From contig CAYVTG010000001.1 in NCBI GenBank assembly GCA_964454575.1, positions 1-44,158 on the forward strand: a stretch of 44,158 bases of DNA, in the 5' to 3' direction. The position numbers and the translations under genes are program-made. Below are positions 18,540 through 26,851 of this stretch, piece by piece; position 1 is the stretch's first letter, and each line of letters starts with the position of its first letter. Under the pieces are notes generated by a model. The model searched no databases, had not been told where the DNA came from, and was given only the letters and a program-made list of their open reading frames with translations. The stretch is from an uncultured Thermoplasmata archaeon (GTDB lineage: Archaea; Thermoplasmatota; Thermoplasmata; Halarchaeoplasmatales; Halarchaeoplasmataceae).

Positions 18540-18562
18540 CTTCCGTAGTAATACCTCTCTAT

Positions 18563-19192
18563 ATGCCTCGGGATACTCGAAACGGGGAAGAAGGTGATCC
18601 AAAGCGTTTTTGGCAGAGCAAGACCGATGAAAGGTCTCAGTTCATATTTATCTCATTCGTTCTCGTGATAATATTTATGTTGATCGTGGTGATCAGTATG
18701 GGGGCATACGGTTATTATTCTTGGCTGGGATGGAAAGAAGGACCGCAGATACGTGTCGACGAAGGTTTGTTCGAATTCAGTATGAACGATACTCATCCCG
18801 AGGCGGATATCACCATACATCTGACACTTATCAATCAGGGTGAGAAGGAGAGCGGCAGCGTCAGGCTGGAATGGTTGGTGATGGAAAGTACAGATGCAAA
18901 GGATAATATCGTCTTCGAAAGCGGTTCGCTCATGTTCCAACCGATCACTTCGGAATCCACACGGAAAGAAACCTTCGATGTGAGTCTGCCCCAAGGCGAT
19001 TACGTGATAGCCTACCGAGTATATGATGATCAACTATTCAGCTACGAAGCCAGACAGAACATATTCGTCCGCTCCGATGATGTAAGCAGCGAGTCACCGG
19101 AGACCATATCAGTACCCGAATTCCCCGTGCTGATGGTTCCTATTCTAATTATTTTGTTGATATTTGCCTTATATAGGAGGAGATATAGTTGA
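18563..19192 (+). CDS. Paralog 1 of a three-gene family: N-terminal signal anchor, Ig/CARDB-like ectodomain, C-terminal PEFP/TM/RRRYS signal
   Basis: Contains KRFW, a TM helix, ITIHLTLINQGEKESGSVRLEWLVM, and the tail SVPEFPVLMVPILIILLIFALYRRRYS. A TATA-like box lies at 18531-18539. Confidence 0.8.
   Translation: MPRDTRNGEEGDPKRFWQSKTDERSQFIFISFVLVIIFMLIVVISMGAYGYYSWLGWKEGPQIRVDEGLFEFSMNDTHPEADITIHLTLINQGEKESGSVRLEWLVMESTDAKDNIVFESGSLMFQPITSESTRKETFDVSLPQGDYVIAYRVYDDQLFSYEARQNIFVRSDDVSSESPETISVPEFPVLMVPILIILLIFALYRRRYS
19115..19189 (+). other. C-terminal tripartite signal PEFP / hydrophobic helix / RRRYS (PEF-CTERM-like)
   Basis: The PEFP codons are at 19115-19126, followed by VLMVPILIILLIFALY and RRRYS. 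Confidence 0.7.
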
Positions 19193-19809
19193 CTGAAAAA
19201 GATACTAAAAGATACTGGGAGCGCAGAGAAGGCGGAAAATCATCCGCACTGATGATGGTATTCATCATAACGATAATCGTTATGCTTGTGGTAGTCACGG
19301 TGATGGCCGGCTACGGATACGCAAAATATCAGGAATGGGCTCGACAGCCACAGATCCATGTTGAACGAAGTTTGTTCGAATTCCACGATGACGTATATGA
19401 AGAACAGGTAAATATCACCGCACATGTGTATCTTAGAAATCGGGGTGACAAGGACACGGGGCCGCTCGAACTCGAATGGTTGATAATGCCTGCGGATCGT
19501 GCAGCCGATAACATATACATATTCAAAGGTCGAAAAGAGGTGGAGTCCATGAAGGTAGATGAAACTATGGAAATCACATTTGATCTCAGGCTGCCGACGG
19601 GTGAGTACAGGATAGCTTTTAGAACCTACGAAGAAGATTACTTCGGATATGAAGGTCGGCAGTCGTTAACCGTGGGTGAGGAAGATGTGGAGGAACGGGC
19701 CGGAGCGGACGATGAAAAATGGACCGAAGAAGCTGTGCCCTCTCTTTCATTCTTTTTCGTGATTTTGATCACGCTAATAACAACCATCATATGGAGGAAA
19801 CGCAGATGA
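19189..19809 (+). CDS. Paralog 2: N-terminal signal anchor, Ig/CARDB-like ectodomain, C-terminal TM/WRKRR tail
   Basis: The TTG start overlaps the upstream stop (TTGA). Contains KRYW, a TM helix, ITAHVYLRNRGDKDTGPLELEWLIM, and the tail AVPSLSFFFVILITLITTIIWRKRR. Confidence 0.78.
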   Translation: MTEKDTKRYWERREGGKSSALMMVFIITIIVMLVVVTVMAGYGYAKYQEWARQPQIHVERSLFEFHDDVYEEQVNITAHVYLRNRGDKDTGPLELEWLIMPADRAADNIYIFKGRKEVESMKVDETMEITFDLRLPTGEYRIAFRTYEEDYFGYEGRQSLTVGEEDVEERAGADDEKWTEEAVPSLSFFFVILITLITTIIWRKRR

Positions 19810-20228
19810 AAATAGATGATAAAGGACTGTCCGGTGCAGAAGGTTTTTTCGTGATCTTTATCGCACTGCTGCTGATAATCACCGTGATCTTTGGAGTGAT
19901 GATCAACAGGATAGGACCGGAGAACCAACCGTATTTTGAGATACAGGATGTTTACTACCGTGACAACGGTAACAATACCATGACCGCCTATGTATATCTG
20001 AGCAACATGGGCAATCCTCCCGGGGAAGCCCGTATAGAGTGGACGGTAATAAGGGACGGAGATCGTTTGATAGATTCCGGGGATATGGATGTTACAATCG
20101 ATGGTCGAACTACGGACACCGTGTCTTTTGAATTTTTAGTACAACCCGGATACTCCAACCGATTGAACATAGATGTTTACCACGACGGAGAGATAGCCAC
20201 ATACTACACAAAGTTAGTCTCCGAGTAG
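19806..20228 (+). CDS. Paralog 3: N-terminal signal anchor plus Ig/CARDB-like ectodomain, no C-terminal anchor
   Basis: The ATG at 19806 overlaps the upstream stop (ATGA). Contains a TM helix followed by MTAYVYLSNMGNPPGEARIEWTVIR. The ORF-track start at 19719 lies inside the previous gene. Confidence 0.72.
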   Translation: MKIDDKGLSGAEGFFVIFIALLLIITVIFGVMINRIGPENQPYFEIQDVYYRDNGNNTMTAYVYLSNMGNPPGEARIEWTVIRDGDRLIDSGDMDVTIDGRTTDTVSFEFLVQPGYSNRLNIDVYHDGEIATYYTKLVSE

Positions 20229-20279
20229 TGTTATAATATATATACCTGTAACCGCTTTAGATAAAAAGAGGAATTAAAC

Positions 20280-21542
20280 ATGTTCCAAATAGAAGCCGTA
20301 AGAGCAAGAGAGATACTAGATTCCCGGGGTAACCCTACCGTGATGGCAACCGTGTACACAGATATATCAAAAGGTTCCGCCGCGGTGCCCTCCGGTGCAT
20401 CGACTGGGAGCAGGGAAGCATTGGAGATGAGGGACGGAGATAGTAATAGATACAAAGGTAAAGGTGTTCTAGATGCTATTGAAAATATCAAAGGCCGTAT
20501 CGCCCCTATTGTAACCGGTATGGATGTAAGGAACCAGTGTCTTATCGATCATATGATGATAGAACTGGATGGAACGGATAATAAAAGCGAACTCGGTGCA
20601 AACGCTATACTGGCGGTTTCATTGGCAGCGTCCAGAGCGGCAGCGGCTGCCGTCGAACTACCACTTTACCGTTATCTGGGACGGAGCAATGATACCGTTC
20701 TACCGGTCCCATTTTTGAATGTGATAAACGGCGGAGAACACGCCGGTAACGAACTCGATATACAGGAACACATGATCGCGCCGGTGGGTGCAGAAAGTTT
20801 CACAGAAGCGATGCGTATGGGTGTTGAAGTATACCACACTTTAGGAGGCATACTAAAGAAAAGATACGGTCCTACTGCAACCAACGTTGGCGATGAAGGT
20901 GGATTCGCTCCACCTTTGAAGGATCCCGTAGAGCCCTTCGAACTTATCACGGACGCTATAGATACAGCGGGATACTCGGGAAAAGTGAAGATCGCCGTCG
21001 ATACGGCGGCATCAGAATTCTACGATTCGGGAAAATACAGCTTTGCAGGTAAGGAATCAGACTCATCAGACATGATCGAATTCTATCAACGGCTGATAGA
21101 TGAATACCCGATAATCTCTCTGGAAGATCCCTTGGCCGAAGATGACTGGTCCGGATTCAAAGATATAACAGAAGCGCTCGGAAAGGACATACAGATCGTC
21201 GGCGACGACATATTCGTCAGTAACCCAAAGATAATAGAACGTGGGATCAAAGAAAACGTATGCAACGCTTTACTCTTAAAGGTCAATCAGATAGGAACTC
21301 TGACGGAAGCACTCGACGCCGCATCCATGGCCATGAACAACGGCTACCGAGTGATGGTTTCTCACCGGTCGGGAGAGACAAGCGATGATTACATAGCCGA
21401 TCTGGCAGTTGCACTTTCATGCGGGCAGATCAAATCCGGCGCACCTACAAGAGGCGAACGCACTGCCAAGTACAATAGGCTCATGGATATCGAGGAAGAG
21501 CTGGGTGTTTCATCCGCCTACGGTTTCAACAGTACCACGTAG
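20280..21542 (+). CDS. eno: Enolase (phosphopyruvate hydratase)
   Basis: Contains REILDSRGNPTV, GASTGSREALEMRDGD, VGDEGGFAP, IVGDDIFVSNP, LLLKVNQIGTLTEA and SHRSGETSD. Confidence 0.95.
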   Translation: MFQIEAVRAREILDSRGNPTVMATVYTDISKGSAAVPSGASTGSREALEMRDGDSNRYKGKGVLDAIENIKGRIAPIVTGMDVRNQCLIDHMMIELDGTDNKSELGANAILAVSLAASRAAAAAVELPLYRYLGRSNDTVLPVPFLNVINGGEHAGNELDIQEHMIAPVGAESFTEAMRMGVEVYHTLGGILKKRYGPTATNVGDEGGFAPPLKDPVEPFELITDAIDTAGYSGKVKIAVDTAASEFYDSGKYSFAGKESDSSDMIEFYQRLIDEYPIISLEDPLAEDDWSGFKDITEALGKDIQIVGDDIFVSNPKIIERGIKENVCNALLLKVNQIGTLTEALDAASMAMNNGYRVMVSHRSGETSDDYIADLAVALSCGQIKSGAPTRGERTAKYNRLMDIEEELGVSSAYGFNSTT

Positions 21543-22828
21543 AAGCCGTAAAGCAGGAAGAATGATAAGAAAAGTGATAATATAGTGATGGGAAGAGCTA
21601 GGCGTATATATTCTCTGAACGAAATCGGATACCCCATCCTTTCTGAGATATTGGCCGCTATCAGATTGGCCGGAGAGCTGGTCAGTGCACCGTTTCCTCC
21701 CAGACAAGTACCAAGAGCAAGTCCCCACCATAGAGGGTTTACCGGATATCCTATACCTAGTCCGCTGATATCTATAAAGCTAGCTACTGCAGGTATGAGC
21801 ATTATAGCCGCAGGGATATTACCTATCACGATAGCAAAGGCTCCACTTACCATCACCACTATAAACAGCCCTAGGAATAGATTGTTACCGCTAGCTACAT
21901 CGATATTATGGGCGATGATATCTATGACTCCCGCATGAACCAACCCACCGATAAGGACAAACAGCCCCATGAAGAAAATAAGTGTACTCCAATGGACGTG
22001 CTTCAAAGCGTCTTCCGGATCTGAAAGGGTTATCAGCAGTAATATACTCGCTCCGGTCATGGCCACCACCCAAAGATCTAACTTCAGTATGTGATGAATG
22101 GAGAACAAAAAGAGCGTGAAAAGAAGGACCAACATAGTCTTTTTCAACAATACCCAATCCACGATGCTCCTGCTCTCGTCCAGATCTATCACATTTTTAA
22201 AATGCTCCATATCTTTTTCAAGCATATCTTTGAAGAGTAACTCGAATAACAACAGTACGACGAACAGCACTATCAGAATTATGGGCGCGATATAGATGAT
22301 GAACTGAGTGAAGTAGAGACCGGCGGCACTAGCTATCATGATGTTCGGCGGGTCTCCGATCAAAGTCGCAGTACCTCCTATATTCGATGCGATCACTTCT
22401 GAGAAAAGAAATGGTGTTGGGTTGATATCGAGGTCTTTTGCGATGGTTATCGTTACTGGTGCCATCAAAAGTATCGTGGTTACATTATCCAGAAACGCAG
22501 ATGTGAATGCAGTCACCAGTATGAAAAGTGCTAGTAATCTATAGTAACTACCCTTTGATAATTTTGCAGTTTTGATAGCTACATACTGGAAAAAACCAGT
22601 TTCACCGAGTATGCCTACGATCATCATCATGCCTAACAACAATCCGATAGTGTTGAAATCGATGGCATCTATCGCGAGCTCCTGTGAATAGAAATTCATA
22701 TAGGTTCCAACTATCACCATGGCGATAGCCCCGGCCAGTACGGATATTGTTCTATCTATCCTTCTGTTGATAAGCCCAAAATAGGTTATCAAGAAGATCA
22801 CAACGGATGCAGCTACCGACGTTGACAA
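21518..22828 (-). CDS. ArsB/NhaD-superfamily ion transporter permease
   Basis: There are roughly 11-12 helices. LDNVTTILLMAPVTI and GGTATLIGDPPNIMIA are typical of this superfamily. Confidence 0.78.
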   Translation of the reverse strand: MSTSVAASVVIFLITYFGLINRRIDRTISVLAGAIAMVIVGTYMNFYSQELAIDAIDFNTIGLLLGMMMIVGILGETGFFQYVAIKTAKLSKGSYYRLLALFILVTAFTSAFLDNVTTILLMAPVTITIAKDLDINPTPFLFSEVIASNIGGTATLIGDPPNIMIASAAGLYFTQFIIYIAPIILIVLFVVLLLFELLFKDMLEKDMEHFKNVIDLDESRSIVDWVLLKKTMLVLLFTLFLFSIHHILKLDLWVVAMTGASILLLITLSDPEDALKHVHWSTLIFFMGLFVLIGGLVHAGVIDIIAHNIDVASGNNLFLGLFIVVMVSGAFAIVIGNIPAAIMLIPAVASFIDISGLGIGYPVNPLWWGLALGTCLGGNGALTSSPANLIAANISERMGYPISFREYIRLALPITILSLFLSFFLLYGFYVVLLKP

Positions 22829-22829
22829 A

Positions 22830-23648
22830 CTAATCTCCCACCATCAAAAATGGAATATCGGTTTCAGCGATCAATTCCTTTTCCAATGTACTGAGTGCCA
22901 ATGTAGGAAAAAGATATCTGAATTTGTAAAGCAGCCCCCCTCGTCCTCGGCTGCCCACCATGAGATCGTATTCGCTGCTCTTTTTCAAAATATCTTCGTC
23001 AGAAGCGTTCGGTGCATAGATCAATTCGTATTCTACACCTTTGGATTCCGCTTTCTTCTTTACCCTTCTTTCCGCTGCACCTGGGTCTCCCTTACCGATA
23101 TGATATACCGTCAATTTGGACCCAAAATAAGCAGAAAGGTCCAGTGCCATCATAGTGGCATATATGGAATAAGTGCTGAAAGAGGTGGGATTGATAATAT
23201 TCTTAGGCATTTTCGGTTTGCATGTGCACGAAAAAACAAGTGATGGTATATGAGTTATCTGTAGAGACTGCAGCGCAGTATCGCCGATATGAACTTTCTG
23301 TGTCCCACTTTTGGAATGGGTTGCAAGGACTATCAGATCTATTTCATATTTAGCGGTATATCTCATGATCTCCTTCGAAGGTGTGCCCATAGGCATAGAG
23401 AGTTTTACTTCTTCGATCCCCATACGTTTCAATATCTTTTTACCTTTATTCAGAGCATCCTTTGATATATCTTTCATGTGGCTTTGTACCAGTGGCGTCT
23501 GAGGTATGCTTCCGTCACTCGTGTTGATCACGTTGATGAGGTGGTAATCCGAGTAAGGAAAAAGCCTAGCAGTATATTGTATGGCCTTTCTCATCAAGGG
23601 CGAATTATCCGTCGCTATCAGGATCTTATCGAACATGGGATCGCTCAT
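22830..23648 (-). CDS. Tandem universal stress protein (UspA) domain protein
   Basis: Two USP-like halves: ILIATDNS...DLIVLATHSKSGTQKVHIGDTA and ...DLMVGSRGRGGL...IPFLMV. Its stop lies 1 nt from the start of the permease gene. Confidence 0.78.
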   Translation of the reverse strand: MSDPMFDKILIATDNSPLMRKAIQYTARLFPYSDYHLINVINTSDGSIPQTPLVQSHMKDISKDALNKGKKILKRMGIEEVKLSMPMGTPSKEIMRYTAKYEIDLIVLATHSKSGTQKVHIGDTALQSLQITHIPSLVFSCTCKPKMPKNIINPTSFSTYSIYATMMALDLSAYFGSKLTVYHIGKGDPGAAERRVKKKAESKGVEYELIYAPNASDEDILKKSSEYDLMVGSRGRGGLLYKFRYLFPTLALSTLEKELIAETDIPFLMVGD

Positions 23649-23780
23649 TTAATCCGTTTAGAGGTATATACATATTTCTGCATATCGAAAAGTAATCCTC
23701 CGAAAATTATAAAATATAGTCCCCTTATTTCGAAAAGCATATATACTACTACTGAAATATTTAGCTAATAAGGTGGAAAC

Positions 23781-24155
23781 ATGAGCGCAAAAACACTAAC
23801 GAAAGAACAGAAAGAATTGGTCGAACGTTTGATTAAAGCTGGCATTCAGAAAAACATAGCAAAAACACTTGTTTACGTAGCTGGTAAAGAGGAGACAAAA
23901 AGCCGAGAGATAGAATTAGCTACGGACCTCAGGCAGCCGGAAGTATCAATCGCGATGCAGAATATCCGGAACCGGGGATGGGTAACCAAAAGAGACATCA
24001 AGAAGGAAGGTAAAGGAAGGCCAGTTCACGGTTACAGTTTAGACAAACCTATAGAAGAGATAATAAAAGAGATAGAGACGAAGGAAAAAGAACGAATAAA
24101 GGATATCGAAGAGAATCTAAAAGCCATAAAAAGGCTGGCTAGATCACTCTATTGA
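23781..24155 (+). CDS. Winged-helix transcriptional regulator (ArsR/TrmB-like) with a C-terminal coiled helix
   Basis: KSREIELATDLRQPEVSIAMQNIRNRGWVTKRDIKKEGKGRPVHGYSL is a helix-turn-helix plus wing pattern. Confidence 0.68.
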   Translation: MSAKTLTKEQKELVERLIKAGIQKNIAKTLVYVAGKEETKSREIELATDLRQPEVSIAMQNIRNRGWVTKRDIKKEGKGRPVHGYSLDKPIEEIIKEIETKEKERIKDIEENLKAIKRLARSLY

Positions 24156-24830
24156 TATCTCTTCAACCCCTTCTTTTTTTCCTATTATCACCCTGTCAAC
24201 CATATCTACAAATAGGCCGTTCTCTATGACTCCAGGTATGGCATTTAGTTCGGAGGATAGGGTGTCGGGATGGGGTATGCTGTGAAATTTGCAGTCTGCG
24301 ATGTAATTGCCATTATCTGTTTTGTAGATCGAGCTGCCCTCCATACGGAGATTTGCTGAGCAATCGAGTTTTTCTATACTACAGATTATAGCTGTACTCC
24401 AAAGAGGAATTATCTCTACCGGAAGTTCAAATTTTACACCAAGGATGTCAACCATCTTTGAAGGATCGGCTACGATTATAACTTCTTTAGAATGGTAAGC
24501 GACGATCTTTTCTCTAAGCAGCGCGCCTCCACCTCCCTTTATCAGATCTAACTGCGGATTCACCTCATCTGCTCCATCTATTGTGATATCGATCACCTGG
24601 TGCTCGTCCAAAGATGAAATCGGGATACCGAGTTCTTCTGCTTGTGTCCTGGTTTTTTCAGACGTGGGTATACCTATTATCTCCAGTTCTTCCTTCTTGC
24701 ATCTCTCGCCCAATCTTTCTACCGCATGCTGTATAGTTGAACCGGTCCCCAGTCCTACGACCATACCGTCTTTGATGTATTCAGCAGCATATCGCCCTGC
24801 ATTCCTCTTTTCGACTAACATTGTACTCAA
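24144..24830 (-). CDS. rpiA: Ribose-5-phosphate isomerase A
   Basis: Contains VVGLGTGSTI, TIDGADEV and LIKGGGGALLREKIV. Confidence 0.92.
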   Translation of the reverse strand: MSTMLVEKRNAGRYAAEYIKDGMVVGLGTGSTIQHAVERLGERCKKEELEIIGIPTSEKTRTQAEELGIPISSLDEHQVIDITIDGADEVNPQLDLIKGGGGALLREKIVAYHSKEVIIVADPSKMVDILGVKFELPVEIIPLWSTAIICSIEKLDCSANLRMEGSSIYKTDNGNYIADCKFHSIPHPDTLSSELNAIPGVIENGLFVDMVDRVIIGKKEGVEEISIE

Positions 24831-24877
24831 ATCAACAATGGTTAGCAGGTATATATTTTTATTCTACATCTCCAAGT

Positions 24878-26590
24878 TCAAAAAACCGGCGGTCTGATCA
24901 ACTCATCACACTGGGGACATCTACCGTATTCGTTGTTACTCTCACCCTCTATGTAATAATATCCACAAAAAGGACATGTGGATGGTTTACCTTCAAGATC
25001 TTCTCGCTCCTGTTCCCAACCCTTTTGTTTCCTGTTGATGATCTTTTTCAATCTGAATACTTGTATGGTGAGAACTGCGGAGATCGCACTCAATACACCG
25101 ATCACCCCTAAAAATATCCCACCTATACCACCCTGTTCCTCCTCCGGTTCCGGAAGAGGTAAAGAAGCAGATACAGTTTCTCCCGGAGGAGATTCTCCTA
25201 TCTTATTCTCTGCAGTTATCCTGTAAGTGTACTTTATTCCAGGCTCGATATCAGTATCCAAAAATTCCGTCACCGGATATCTGACGGATACAATATATCT
25301 TTCAAGTCCATCATCCTCTTGTTTGTATATGTTGTAATGGGTAGGTTCTCCGGATTCGGGAGGATTCCATGTAATATTGACGTGTTCCTCCTCTGTTATT
25401 TGGGCGGATGTTTGTAACGGTTTACTGGGTATCCTCTCTGTTTCTATGTGGCCGTTCAATGCGAAAACGTCTCCGTCGTTATTGCCGATGTAAACCATGC
25501 CGTTTGAACCTATGGACGCCGACGACAGCACAGGGCTTCCCAGGTCGATCTTTCGGAACAAACTACCGTCTTCTTCAAGTACATAAAAGTGATCATCGCT
25601 GGAACCGAAGAATACCCTGCCGTCCGCGGATATCGTGGGTGACGAGCTTACATAACCCCCTGTTTCGAATTTCCACAAAAGATCTCCGTCTTTGCTCACC
25701 GCATGTAAATGGTTATCAAAAGAACCAAAGTATATCGTACCGTCGGGCGACAGAGCGGGTGATGAAGTGATCCGTCCGCCGGTTTCGTATGTCCATAATA
25801 ACTCGCCATCGGGTGATACAGCATAGAGCTTTCCGTCGGAACCACCGAAGTATATCGTTCCATCGTAGTTGATCGCAATATCCGAATATATAATGGTCTT
25901 TAAGACGATGGACCATATCTCTTCGCCATCGGTGTTGATGGCCATGAACGTTGTATTTTCTTGGAAAAAGGCCATAGATGAACTGAGATATATTTTACCA
26001 TCGATACCGATCGCAGGGGTGCAGTAGATGTTCTGGCCTGTATCAAAGGTCCATTCCACGGTTCCATCAGTGTTGACTGCATACAGATTACCCTTATGAG
26101 ATGTGAAATAAATGATACCGTTCGGCCCCATATTTGGGGAACTATGTGTATCTTCTTCGCTTTTAAACTCCCATTTCAAGTTACCATCCGGATCCAGGGC
26201 GTAAAGCGTACCTGCTCTGCTGGTTATGTAGATCGTTCCGTCTTCTCCCAATAATGGTGACGTTCTCAAGTCACTATCTGCGGTAAAAGACCATCTGAGT
26301 AAACCTGCGGATGAGATCGCATAAAGAGTGTGATCTACCGAACCGACGTAGATATTGCCGTTAGAGTCTATGGCCGGAGTCGATGTTATCGGTCTTTCGA
26401 TAGAGAATGTCCATGAAGTGATACCGATGAAATTTTTCATGGAATATGGGCTGAAACGTGTATTGCCAGCATCATGTCCACCGGAAGGCCAGGGTGAATC
26501 CATCATCTCACCTCCCACCAGCGGTGATACTGATATTAGCATGAACAATACAACTATGCATACTGTTACGGTTTTTCTTCCATTACCCAT
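24878..26590 (-). CDS. Surface protein: signal peptide, PQQ-like (BamB-type) beta-propeller, Fn3-like domain, TM helix, cytoplasmic zinc ribbon
   Basis: About eight repeats of the form SSPxIxxDGTIYfgSxDgxLYAvxxDGxLlWxF. Fn3-like ITWNPPESGEPTHYNIY...YTYRITAENKIGES. TM helix IGGIFLGVIGVLSAISAVLTIQVF. Tail CPFC-x15-CPQC. Confidence 0.85.
   Translation of the reverse strand: MGNGRKTVTVCIVVLFMLISVSPLVGGEMMDSPWPSGGHDAGNTRFSPYSMKNFIGITSWTFSIERPITSTPAIDSNGNIYVGSVDHTLYAISSAGLLRWSFTADSDLRTSPLLGEDGTIYITSRAGTLYALDPDGNLKWEFKSEEDTHSSPNMGPNGIIYFTSHKGNLYAVNTDGTVEWTFDTGQNIYCTPAIGIDGKIYLSSSMAFFQENTTFMAINTDGEEIWSIVLKTIIYSDIAINYDGTIYFGGSDGKLYAVSPDGELLWTYETGGRITSSPALSPDGTIYFGSFDNHLHAVSKDGDLLWKFETGGYVSSSPTISADGRVFFGSSDDHFYVLEEDGSLFRKIDLGSPVLSSASIGSNGMVYIGNNDGDVFALNGHIETERIPSKPLQTSAQITEEEHVNITWNPPESGEPTHYNIYKQEDDGLERYIVSVRYPVTEFLDTDIEPGIKYTYRITAENKIGESPPGETVSASLPLPEPEEEQGGIGGIFLGVIGVLSAISAVLTIQVFRLKKIINRKQKGWEQEREDLEGKPSTCPFCGYYYIEGESNNEYGRCPQCDELIRPPVF
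24908..24976 (-). other. Cytoplasmic C-terminal zinc ribbon (C-x2-C-x15-C-x2-C) of the PQQ-propeller protein
   Basis: The Cys codons are at 24974-24976, 24965-24967, 24917-24919 and 24908-24910 (minus strand). Confidence 0.7.
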
Positions 26591-26700
26591 CGGACTGCCT
26601 CATTTTACCTTGAGATATAACACTAACTATTTTGTATTTTCTGTTGATAGCCGCTTTATCCCAAACGATTAAATACTACAATCGTCTCGTTTCTTTCATC

Positions 26701-26850
26701 ATGGCTAGATTCCCAGAGGCAGAGAGAAGATTACTGCACAAAAAGATTTGCATGAAATGCTTTGCAAACAATCCTGTCAGATCGAAGCAGTGTCGAAAAT
26801 GCGGACACAAAAATCTACGTATGAAGGCAAAGGAAAGTCGTCGATTGTGA
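26701..26850 (+). CDS. rpl40e: Ribosomal protein L40e
   Basis: [49 protein letters not shown] has the right length and the C-x2-C...C-x2-C pattern typical of archaeal L40e. The ORF-track entry starts too early, at 26632. Confidence 0.9.
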   Translation: MARFPEAERRLLHKKICMKCFANNPVRSKQCRKCGHKNLRMKAKESRRL

Positions 26851-26851
26851 A

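Noticed and set aside
26632-26700. N-terminal extension of L40e in the ORF track
   Set aside because: Archaeal L40e is about 50 aa. The ATG at 26701 gives the canonical MARFPEAE start.
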